Below, piece by piece: positions 17,531-25,543 of a stretch of 39,771 nucleotides of DNA. Position 1 is the first letter of the stretch; each line of letters opens with the position of its first letter. A program made the translations under genes and the position numbers. The stretch is from assembly GCA_003661465.1 (NCBI GenBank), contig QMWE01000001.1, positions 1 through 39,771 of the forward strand, written 5' to 3'. The notes beneath the pieces were generated by a model, which was given only the letters and a program-made list of their open reading frames with translations, did not search any database and had not been told where the DNA came from. This stretch comes from Hadesarchaea archaeon. Its GTDB lineage: Archaea > Hadarchaeota > Hadarchaeia > Hadarchaeales > Hadarchaeaceae.

Positions 17531-19966
17531 CTATCGGGAGATGCTGATGAACCTGTCCAGACCCACCTGCTTTTTTCGTTCGTATCTCAGATCTTCCTCT
17601 CGGTAACCGAAGACCTCCATGATCCGCATCACTGCTGGCAGAATCTGATGATTAACATAGTATTCAGGATCATATTCCTTTCCTTCAAAGTCCTCCACAG
17701 GCACTGCTCTCTCACTTATACTTCCATGACCCTTGGCTTCAATGTAAGCTATCATCATCCCTGGCTCGATTTCATGCCCCAACTCACGCAGACGCTTCGC
17801 CGCCACGACGTGAGGACCAATCGACCTATAACTCTCGATCGGCATCTTGAGACGGGTGTATATCACAAGATCCTCCAGATTTGCTTTTCCGTCTAAAACC
17901 TCACGAGTGGTCCTGCGAACGATCTCCGCGGCCTTTTCAGGTGATCCATCCCTCAGAACCGCTCTGAGTACGGACTCTTGGGTACGTTTGGCGATCGCCG
18001 CCCAGTCCCGGCGTACGAACTCCAAGCCCTTGACCACCATCTTACCTTCTTCGTTAACCATGGCGTAACGTTTTTTTGTTATGAAAACGCCACGAGGGTA
18101 AAATCCCTCAAGCTCAAGCTCCATTACTCCAGGGAGGCTCTCATTCACCCGCTCCATAAATCTCATGGCATCTTCTTTGGTTTTATCACCGAGTTTACAG
18201 TGTAGGGAGTCGGTGTCGCTGTAGATCACCTCAAGTCCACATTCCTTTGCCATTTCTATCGTTTTATGGATGTAATGACGGCCGAAGCTCGTGACAGATT
18301 CAGCGCACTCCTTGGAGTACCATCGTGCACGCGAGTAACCAAGCATGCCGTAGAAGGAATTGCTGATGATCTTCAAGGCTGTTTGTCTGGAATCGAGCAA
18401 CCGATATTCCCTAGTACCACGCTTGCGATGTCTCAGCTCCTCCTTGAGTTTGGAACGTGTCTTGATGAGACGCTCGAGTGTCTCGGGGATGAAACCTTTC
18501 CGTTTTTTGCAAAATCGATAATTTAATCCCGGCACTTGGACGCTCTCTCCACGTCCACAACATTTACAGTTGAGGGTGGATGGATCGATGTTATGGGACA
18601 CTATTATGCTGGGATACAAACTTCTGAAGTCAAACACGACGAGATTTTCGTGAAGCCCTCTGACCGGCTCCATCACATACGCACCTAGATACGTTTCTCC
18701 AAGACGTTCCTCGTACTCCTCGCCCACGGGTCGCGGTGGCACCAATTCTCCGCGTCTGTGCGCCTCGCGTATGAGCAGCCATTCCACAAGCTGACCAGGG
18801 GTCATCCTGCTGATGTCAAAAATGGTCTGTCCCACTATTCGGGCAAGTTCCGCGAAAAGCGGAATCAGCTCGAGACCCAGCTCAAGTGTTGCATCAGCGT
18901 CCGACATGGAGTATTCGAGCAATCTGCGTCCCAGCTTACCTCCGTGTTCCCATGCCCTGACCATCTCCGTAAACTCGAAATCTGGCTTCTCCTTGCCGAG
19001 CATGTACCGGTAAACGTCCTCGAGGGTGTAATGGATGAGTCTTATCGTGCCTATGGTGGCAAGAAAATCCACCATGGTGAAAACATCCACGTGGACGCGT
19101 CCACGAATTTTGGTAGCAGTAGCAAACCTCCGTTTGCGGACGGATATATCAGAACCATCCCGTCCGAGATCCAACCTGACCTTCAACTGTCTGGCCCGCT
19201 CGCGCAGATATGGAAAGTCAAAGAGATCGGTGTTGTAACCGAGGAGGATGTCCACATCCCGTTCCTTCACAAGTTCGACGAACCGCTTGAGCATCTCTCG
19301 CTCGTTCTCAACCACCTCCACAAACTTGAGGTCAGCTAAATTTCTCCAAGTTATCACCTTTCTTAATCCTTTGTTGTCCGCCACGCTTATCATCAGGATC
19401 GGATCTTTCTCCGGACGAGGGCTTCCGGTCGGATTGTACACCTCGATATCGAAGCTCATCACGTTAAGATCCGGGTCGGATACGGGGATCGGTTTCGGCG
19501 GATGCTTCAAGAGTAAAATTTTCCCGGATCCTTGGCTACCAATATCTCCATCAATCTCTACTCCAGACATCGGGAGCAATCCCCTATCGATCAAATATCG
19601 TCTTACGGGCTGTATGTCGAATTCGTATATTTCCCTTACACCTTGAAGTTGGCGTATGATGTGCCTCAATTTGGCCATCTCTTTGGGATGGTGGAGAGAA
19701 ACTTTTATAGTGTCAACTTTATCGCCAAAAAAAGTACGTCCAACCACCTCAACTGACTTTGGCTTGATCTTCTCCTCTCGCTCGACCACCTCAATGCGAG
19801 AAATGAGCTTCGCTGTTTTCTCCGGATTGTCGGCGACCACGTAGAAGTACTGCTCAAACGCCGGATCTATCGCGATCACCGTTTTGGATCCGCTCTTGAG
19901 AAACATCCTCACGGATGGACGTGCTTCTTCCTCCGCATAATCCGCATCCAGTAAGAAACCCTTCAT
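17531..19966 (-). CDS. polB: family B DNA polymerase
   Basis: Exo I FDIEVY, Exo II YNTDLFDFPYL, Pol A DFRSLYPSII, Pol B KIISNSFYG and Pol C YSDTDS. The motifs are contiguous, so there is no intein. The family N-terminus MKGFLLDADY corresponds to ATG 19966. The track ORF extends to 20047. Confidence 0.95.
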   Translation of the reverse strand: MKGFLLDADYAEEEARPSVRMFLKSGSKTVIAIDPAFEQYFYVVADNPEKTAKLISRIEVVEREEKIKPKSVEVVGRTFFGDKVDTIKVSLHHPKEMAKLRHIIRQLQGVREIYEFDIQPVRRYLIDRGLLPMSGVEIDGDIGSQGSGKILLLKHPPKPIPVSDPDLNVMSFDIEVYNPTGSPRPEKDPILMISVADNKGLRKVITWRNLADLKFVEVVENEREMLKRFVELVKERDVDILLGYNTDLFDFPYLRERARQLKVRLDLGRDGSDISVRKRRFATATKIRGRVHVDVFTMVDFLATIGTIRLIHYTLEDVYRYMLGKEKPDFEFTEMVRAWEHGGKLGRRLLEYSMSDADATLELGLELIPLFAELARIVGQTIFDISRMTPGQLVEWLLIREAHRRGELVPPRPVGEEYEERLGETYLGAYVMEPVRGLHENLVVFDFRSLYPSIIVSHNIDPSTLNCKCCGRGESVQVPGLNYRFCKKRKGFIPETLERLIKTRSKLKEELRHRKRGTREYRLLDSRQTALKIISNSFYGMLGYSRARWYSKECAESVTSFGRHYIHKTIEMAKECGLEVIYSDTDSLHCKLGDKTKEDAMRFMERVNESLPGVMELELEGFYPRGVFITKKRYAMVNEEGKMVVKGLEFVRRDWAAIAKRTQESVLRAVLRDGSPEKAAEIVRRTTREVLDGKANLEDLVIYTRLKMPIESYRSIGPHVVAAKRLRELGHEIEPGMMIAYIEAKGHGSISERAVPVEDFEGKEYDPEYYVNHQILPAVMRIMEVFGYREEDLRYERKKQVGLDRFISISR

Positions 19967-20118
19967 GCACACCGTGAAAAGGTTTACGAATAGATAAAAT
20001 AAAAGTTGGGCAAACACAATTCTCAGTTTTGGATTTACTTCGAGCAATCACAAAAATACGATTTTTTAGAACAAGTTTTATTTATATCCGGCCATAGGTT
20101 TAGGTTGGAGACGATTGA

Positions 20119-21378
20119 ATGAACCCACCCGTGAAACGTCGAAAACGCGGGAGGAGGGCCGCCACAAAGAAAACGCTTGAGATAGCACATTTCTGGGCTG
20201 GAGCCGAACAAGAACCAGTCAATTCCCTCATCCGCGTGTTTGAGAAAAAAAATCCACACGTCAGGGTCAGACAAAAGATCATGAATTGGTGGACCTACAC
20301 GACAACCATGAAGAGGGAGATCGGAGAATCCCCCCCGGATGTGATGGTCCACGACATCGGCGAGAACCTCCTGAGATTTCTGGAGGACGGCGAACTTTTG
20401 GATATCACGGAAATGTGGGAGAGAAAAAAATTCTACGATGTATTCCCAGAGTGGATCAAGAAAAAGTGCAGTTATCAGGGCAGGATGTACTTGGTCCCAT
20501 CCAAATACTTCACCTACGCCGTCTGGTACCTCACTGATGTGTTTAAAAAACACGGAGTCAAACCGCCAAAGACATGGGATGAGTTCATAAACGTGTGCCG
20601 AGCATTCAAGGAATCTGGGATCCACCCGATCATATCAAGTGGCGATGGGATATTTGACCTGTTCATGAACCTTCTGGCTCAGGTCGGAGGAGCATCGTTT
20701 TACGAGGAGTTGGTAAGAGGTGTCGAGAGCTGGAAGGATCCCCGGGTCGTGGAGACGTACGAAATCCTGAGGGAGCTGTCCAAGGAATATATGTACCCTC
20801 ATCCCTTCGGATTTAATTCCCCAATGGCTTGGGTGAAGCTGAACAACCGAGAAGCTGCGATGCACCTTCAGGGAGACTGGCTCAACGGAATGTGGCAAAG
20901 AGAATACGGATACACCCCCGGAAAGGAGTACAATTACTTCTTACTCCCTCCAATCCACCCGAGCATAGGACGTGTGATGGTCGTCGGAGGCAACGCATGG
21001 GCGATACCGAAAAATGCCCGCCATCCCGACCTGGCGAGGAGATTTCTCGAATACGCCGGATCGCTGGAAGCCCACACCTTGATGGCCAGAAAAGGCATGG
21101 GGATCCTCGCCCACAAAAACGTCCCAGAGCAAGTCTATGACCGGATATCCGCAGGACTCCGCAACGAGCTCTCGAAGCATCCAACGGTACATGCTCTCGG
21201 TTCAGCGCTCCCCCTGAAAATAACCAGCATGATAATCATGCAAAACATGAAGATCGTCATGAATCCGGATCTCAAGCGGAAGGATATCGAGAGTCTGACC
21301 GCAGAAATTGACATGGTCGCGAGAGAACATCGAGTTCTCAGGTCCCTAAGCTCACTCCGCGGATATCTATCCGGTTAG
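20119..21378 (+). CDS. ABC-type sugar solute-binding protein (family 1 SBP fold) lacking a recognisable signal peptide
   Basis: SBP_bac_1-like pattern: LEIAHFWAG..E...LIRVFEKKNPHVRV, PPDVM, PKTWDEFINVCRAFKESGIHPI, HLQGDW and AWAIPKNARHPDLARRFLEY. The N-terminus is MNPPVKRRKRGRRAATKK with no hydrophobic segment. An in-frame TGA sits at 20116-20118, immediately upstream. Confidence 0.7.
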   Translation: MNPPVKRRKRGRRAATKKTLEIAHFWAGAEQEPVNSLIRVFEKKNPHVRVRQKIMNWWTYTTTMKREIGESPPDVMVHDIGENLLRFLEDGELLDITEMWERKKFYDVFPEWIKKKCSYQGRMYLVPSKYFTYAVWYLTDVFKKHGVKPPKTWDEFINVCRAFKESGIHPIISSGDGIFDLFMNLLAQVGGASFYEELVRGVESWKDPRVVETYEILRELSKEYMYPHPFGFNSPMAWVKLNNREAAMHLQGDWLNGMWQREYGYTPGKEYNYFLLPPIHPSIGRVMVVGGNAWAIPKNARHPDLARRFLEYAGSLEAHTLMARKGMGILAHKNVPEQVYDRISAGLRNELSKHPTVHALGSALPLKITSMIIMQNMKIVMNPDLKRKDIESLTAEIDMVAREHRVLRSLSSLRGYLSG

Positions 21379-21401
21379 TCCGCGATTTCCAAATCATTCA
21401 A

Positions 21402-22484
21402 CTAAAACCTGAGGGCCCGAGTAGGACATGCAGAAACGCAGAGCCCACATCCGTAACATTTGACCGGATCCACCCTAGCAACCCTACCAACTATGCGAAT
21501 CGCATCGTACATACAGTATCTCTCACACAGGCCACACGCATTACACCTAGACGAGATCACCTCAACAGGTTTGGGGGTGGTGCGAACCGGTTGCTCGGAC
21601 ATGTGTCTGAGAGCCGATCCTTTAAAATCGTTTATGCTGTTGTAACCCTTCGCCCGCATGAATTTTGCCATTTCATCCGCTAAAAGTCCATAAACCTTAT
21701 GACCACGAATTATAGCCGCAGTAGATATCTGCACGGCCGAGGCTCCTGCCATGATGAACTCCACGATATCACGCCCAGTGGAGATCCCCCCCGATCCGAT
21801 CACAGGTATCTTCACCGTACGTGCTATCTCGGCGACGCATCTGACCGCAAACGGTTTGATCGCCTGACCTGACAGCCATCCATAACCATTTGGACTACCA
21901 AGTATCGGCATGCCATTTTCCACGTCTATGACAAGACATGGACCAACAGCATTTATCGCAACTATGCCATCCGCACCGGCAGCTTCCACCGCCTGTGCGA
22001 ACTGGACCACATCAGTGGCGCCAGGGGGAACCTTGACAAAAACAGGCACTTTCACTGCTTCCTTCGCCGCTCTGATAGCTTCCGTGATCGTGGATATATC
22101 TCCGGAGTATAAGGTGGAGAGTTCAAGGGCGTTCGCCCCGGCGTCCACCACCCTTGGAGCGATTTTTTTAATTTCATCGGGGGAGTACCCCACGCTCACG
22201 AGTAAAGGCAACCCAGTTTTTTTCGCCTTGGGAAGCTCGTGTCTTACCCACTGATCCAACGTGATATCACTCCAAAGTTCCGCGTGCATCAGACCATCTC
22301 TGATCTTGACGAGACACGGGCGTGGTACGTGTGCGGGAGCAACACTCAAAGTTTTGGAGACCAGTGCACCCGCCCCTCCCATCGCGGCTTTTACCATGCT
22401 ATCACCGTTGCGCACGGTTGGACCAGCTGCCGGCATAATTGGATTTTTTAGCTTTATGCCGCAGATTTCGACGGATAGATCCAT
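21402..22484 (-). CDS. DHODH / dihydropyrimidine-dehydrogenase (PreA)-like FMN TIM-barrel fused to a C-terminal 2x[4Fe-4S] ferredoxin domain
   Basis: MDLSVEICGIKLKNPIMPAAGP is a typical DHODH N-terminus. FMN-binding motifs are VFVKVPP, IVAINAVGP and IGSGGISTGRDIVEFIMAGASAVQISTA. The C-terminus has CNACGLCERYC and CYGCGLCVSACP. ATG 22484 lies 4 nt downstream of the stop of the preceding gene. The track ORF start at 22613 would overlap that gene. Confidence 0.75.
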   Translation of the reverse strand: MDLSVEICGIKLKNPIMPAAGPTVRNGDSMVKAAMGGAGALVSKTLSVAPAHVPRPCLVKIRDGLMHAELWSDITLDQWVRHELPKAKKTGLPLLVSVGYSPDEIKKIAPRVVDAGANALELSTLYSGDISTITEAIRAAKEAVKVPVFVKVPPGATDVVQFAQAVEAAGADGIVAINAVGPCLVIDVENGMPILGSPNGYGWLSGQAIKPFAVRCVAEIARTVKIPVIGSGGISTGRDIVEFIMAGASAVQISTAAIIRGHKVYGLLADEMAKFMRAKGYNSINDFKGSALRHMSEQPVRTTPKPVEVISSRCNACGLCERYCMYDAIRIVGRVARVDPVKCYGCGLCVSACPTRALRF

Positions 22485-22488
22485 AAGA

Positions 22489-23835
22489 TCATCTGCCCCT
22501 TGCCAATCCCAGTTTTTGCCATATTCGCTCCATAGACCTTTTCGCCTGCTTCGCGATCTCCACTTCATCCACCGTTTGTACCTTTCGGTTTGACATGATA
22601 ACGTTTCCGCCAACCAGCACCGTCTCTACGTTTCGACCGCTGACGGCATTCACCACATGTTCCACCACGTTGTCAGAACGAAGAGGCACTGGAGAATGAC
22701 CTGGATTTACAATTATAATGTCAGCCAGCTTTCCATGCTCAATCGACCCAACTTCATTTTGAAGTCCGTATAATTCCGCACCCTTTATCGTCGCCATCTC
22801 CAGCACTTCCATCGGTGTCAACGCGTCCGGATCATGAGTGACCACTTTTTGTGAAAGGTAAGCAGCCCGGAGGTTCTCAAACCAATCAAAGAGATACCCT
22901 CCGTCACCTATTCCAACCGAAATACCCGAGGAGGCCATTTTCATCACAGGAGTTACACCCACTCCATCCAACATCTCATCCATGGGGCTATGAACCACTT
23001 TGGCCCCTCTTTTTTTGATCAACTTCAATTCCCTTTCACTCACGTGTACGGAATGTACCAACACGGACTCCGGACTCAACAAACCGGCATCGTTTAACCG
23101 CTCCACGGTTCGTTTACCAAAACGTTCATAACTTCGATACACATCGGATAGTCCTTTGGATGTGGTGACGGTAACAAAAGTTTTATACCTGTGTACTAAT
23201 TCCTTGACATACCACAAAAGCTCGTCCGAGACCAAAGATGAAGGCCCAATTCCAAACATTCCTCTCACGCGATGTATTCGCTCCTTTTTCACTTTCCTGA
23301 TAAAACGCTCATTTTCTCTTGTGGCCTTCGCACCTTCAGCTCGAGTACGACGCTCAGTAGCCTCGAACGCTATCATCCCACGAATTCTCGAACGCTCAAC
23401 TGCAAGGGACACCTTATCGAGGATACCTGCAATGGCATTTGGAGCTGAGATCGTGCCAGCAAATGAGGTAACTCCCGTCTTCAGAAATCGAAGGCATGAA
23501 TAAAGTACGACCGCGTATACATCCTCTTTTGTCATTGCTTCCTCCACTGGCCAGTATACCCGCTGCTGGAGCTGGGAAAGATCCGAAAAAGAACCCATCT
23601 TACCCCTTGTGCCCAGTAAAAACAATCCATGAAGACATGTGTGAGAACACACGAAGCCGGGCATGACGATCCTTCCACGTGCATCTATGACCTCCTCGGG
23701 CTTTTCCCTTCCCGCCCAACCGCGTTTTACGGAGATTATACGGCCCTCATCCACGGTCACCGCTCCCTCGGTGATGATCCGGTGATCCTTATCCATCGTG
23801 AGAACCAAACCATTTTTTATCAACAGATCGACCAA
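22489..23835 (-). CDS. amidohydrolase-superfamily protein (SsnA / MtaD / chlorohydrolase-like aminohydrolase)
   Basis: LLIKNGLVLTMD...DEGRIISV...VMPGFVCSHTCLHG, then VHSVHVSERE, VVHSPMDEM, IGDGG and GSIEHGKLADIIIV give the subtype-III amidohydrolase layout. Confidence 0.8.
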   Translation of the reverse strand: MVDLLIKNGLVLTMDKDHRIITEGAVTVDEGRIISVKRGWAGREKPEEVIDARGRIVMPGFVCSHTCLHGLFLLGTRGKMGSFSDLSQLQQRVYWPVEEAMTKEDVYAVVLYSCLRFLKTGVTSFAGTISAPNAIAGILDKVSLAVERSRIRGMIAFEATERRTRAEGAKATRENERFIRKVKKERIHRVRGMFGIGPSSLVSDELLWYVKELVHRYKTFVTVTTSKGLSDVYRSYERFGKRTVERLNDAGLLSPESVLVHSVHVSERELKLIKKRGAKVVHSPMDEMLDGVGVTPVMKMASSGISVGIGDGGYLFDWFENLRAAYLSQKVVTHDPDALTPMEVLEMATIKGAELYGLQNEVGSIEHGKLADIIIVNPGHSPVPLRSDNVVEHVVNAVSGRNVETVLVGGNVIMSNRKVQTVDEVEIAKQAKRSMERIWQKLGLARGR

Positions 23836-23953
23836 ATCAACCCCTGTGAAGGAAACTATGGGAGCCCATTTAACTTTACCGGCATCTGCCCAAATTCAGG
23901 GGTAAGCATCTCCGTGAAGACAAAACCAAATAAATCCCTCAAATTAGAGGAAT

Positions 23954-24178
23954 ATGGTGAAAAATGTGCCTGAGTTCTCCGTCTTGGCCATGAAGAGGCT
24001 CATCCAGAGGGTTTCTAAATTTCGTGTTTCTCGTGGAGCTGCATTAGAGCTCAGTGCTGTGCTTGAGGAGCATGGTTTGAAGATATCCAGTGAAGCCCTG
24101 AAGCTCGCCCAGCATCGTGGCGCGAAGACCGTGAACGAAAAAGACATTCGGGCAGCTGCAGGGGGCGTACAAAGCTAA
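23954..24178 (+). CDS. archaeal histone (HMf-type histone fold)
   Basis: The 74-aa sequence FSVLAMKRLIQRVSKFRVSRGAALELSAVLEEHGLKISSEALKLAQHRGAKTVNEKDIRAA aligns by eye with HMfB, including the RVS, H-x-G-x-KT and (E/K)DI positions. Confidence 0.8.
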   Translation: MVKNVPEFSVLAMKRLIQRVSKFRVSRGAALELSAVLEEHGLKISSEALKLAQHRGAKTVNEKDIRAAAGGVQS

Positions 24179-24191
24179 ATACGATCATCTG

Positions 24192-25535
24192 GTGAACTGC
24201 TTGAGCGAACTTGTCATTCGAAATGCTAGGTTGGTTTTGCCTGAAGGAGTGATACGTGGAGAACTATCTGTTGAAAAAGGGAAAATTCAGGAAATCGCAG
24301 TAAGCGGGCTGGAGAAAGGAGATACGGAGATCGATGCTAGGGGAAAGATCATCATGCCGGGTGTGATAGATACATGTGTTCACATTCGCGCTAGACGATC
24401 GTCCTATCGCGAAGATTTCCACGACTGCAGCGTTGCCGCAATTGCCGGCGGGATCACGACCATCATCGCCATGCCATTGGATCAAACCACCCAAACCCCA
24501 AAGACCATCCAAAACTTGATCAGGGCCGGACAGAAAAATAGCTTGGTTGATTTTGCAACCTATGCAAGCGACACTGAGGAAGGTCTTGCAAAAAATGCTT
24601 TGAAGATAACATCCCTTGGCGTAAAATCTTTCATGATACCGATGTGGAGGGTCATCAACGCGGAACGCGGGGAACTCGAACAATTGATGAGGACTGTGAA
24701 ACCCCTCGACGGCATGATAACGACCGATGCGAGATTTGGAGAAATGGACCAAGACGAAAAAATGATCAAACTTCAAAAACTTCGAAAGGATCCATCCGCA
24801 CATGCTGAAACCCGCCCTGAAGAAATCGAGGAGAAAATTGCGAGAAAGGTGATGGAAGCGAGCGGGCACACCAAGTGTAGGGTTCATTTCTTTCCAGTTA
24901 CTACCAAGAAAACGTCTGAGGTGGTCCTCGAGTTCAAGAAGAAGAAATTGAAAGTGAGCTCTGGGACATGCCTTCATTTCCTTACGTTCACGAAGAAGGA
25001 TATGGAAAAATTTGGCCCATTTTTAAAGGTGGAACCTCCACTGAGGACCAACGAAGATCGCATGGCCCTATGGAAAGCTCTTGAGGAGGGAACGATAGAC
25101 ACCGTCGCGAGCGGTCACACGCCAGTTTTCAGAGATGAAAAGGAAGAGGGCTGGAAAAACATTTGGAAGGTCCCATCGGGAATCCCGGGCCTAGAAACGT
25201 TGCTGCCCGTAATGCTGAAAAACAGCGTGACAGCGGGTCGGCTAACCCTAGAAAATGTCGTGAACATCTTATGCACCAAACCGGCCCAGATATTTGGTTT
25301 ATACCCGCGAAAGGGCATCATCAGTAAAGGCTCGGATGCCGATCTGGTGATGGTGGATTTCCAGAAAGAAACCACGGTAAACGCTGGAAAACTTCACAGC
25401 GCTGCGGACTGGACACCGTACGACGGACTGAAACTCAAGGGGACGCCAACCATGACCATTTCCAGAGGGACCATCCTGATGGAGGACGGAGAAATCATCG
25501 AAAAACTTGGACACGGGCAGTTTTTGGCCGTGTAG
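24192..25535 (+). CDS. cyclic amidohydrolase-like protein (dihydroorotase / dihydropyrimidinase / hydantoinase fold) with a degenerate metal centre
   Basis: The family layout is visible: VIRNARLVLPEG...VEKGKIQEI...IMPGVIDTCVHIR, GGITTI, GVKSFM, KVEPPLR, ALWKALEEGTIDTVASGHTP and GSDADLVMVD. The start codon is GTG. Confidence 0.8.
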   Translation: MNCLSELVIRNARLVLPEGVIRGELSVEKGKIQEIAVSGLEKGDTEIDARGKIIMPGVIDTCVHIRARRSSYREDFHDCSVAAIAGGITTIIAMPLDQTTQTPKTIQNLIRAGQKNSLVDFATYASDTEEGLAKNALKITSLGVKSFMIPMWRVINAERGELEQLMRTVKPLDGMITTDARFGEMDQDEKMIKLQKLRKDPSAHAETRPEEIEEKIARKVMEASGHTKCRVHFFPVTTKKTSEVVLEFKKKKLKVSSGTCLHFLTFTKKDMEKFGPFLKVEPPLRTNEDRMALWKALEEGTIDTVASGHTPVFRDEKEEGWKNIWKVPSGIPGLETLLPVMLKNSVTAGRLTLENVVNILCTKPAQIFGLYPRKGIISKGSDADLVMVDFQKETTVNAGKLHSAADWTPYDGLKLKGTPTMTISRGTILMEDGEIIEKLGHGQFLAV

Positions 25536-25543
25536 CCATGACC

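Noticed and set aside
17531-19966. Intein or split organisation in the family-B DNA polymerase
   Set aside because: All Exo and Pol motifs are contiguous in a product of about 811 aa. No insertion interrupts the Pol A, B or C motifs.
20035-20625. 196-aa minus-strand ORF spanning the polB-SBP spacer and the 5' half of the SBP gene
   Set aside because: It has no recognisable motif and is entirely antisense to a gene with clear family-1 SBP motifs. It looks like a shadow ORF.
22485-22613. N-terminal extension of the DHODH/DPD-like ORF (track start 22613)
   Set aside because: It would overlap the upstream amidohydrolase by 125 nt. The family N-terminus MDLSVEICGIKLKNP starts at ATG 22484, 4 nt after that gene's stop.
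24264-24977. 237-aa antisense ORF inside the DHOase-like gene. Similar long antisense ORFs occur at 11994-12722, 35925-36617, 37981-38574 and 38562-39071.
   Set aside because: Each lies opposite a gene with strong family motifs. Their composition is Ser/Arg/Pro-rich and low in complexity, which is typical of shadow frames in moderately GC-rich DNA.
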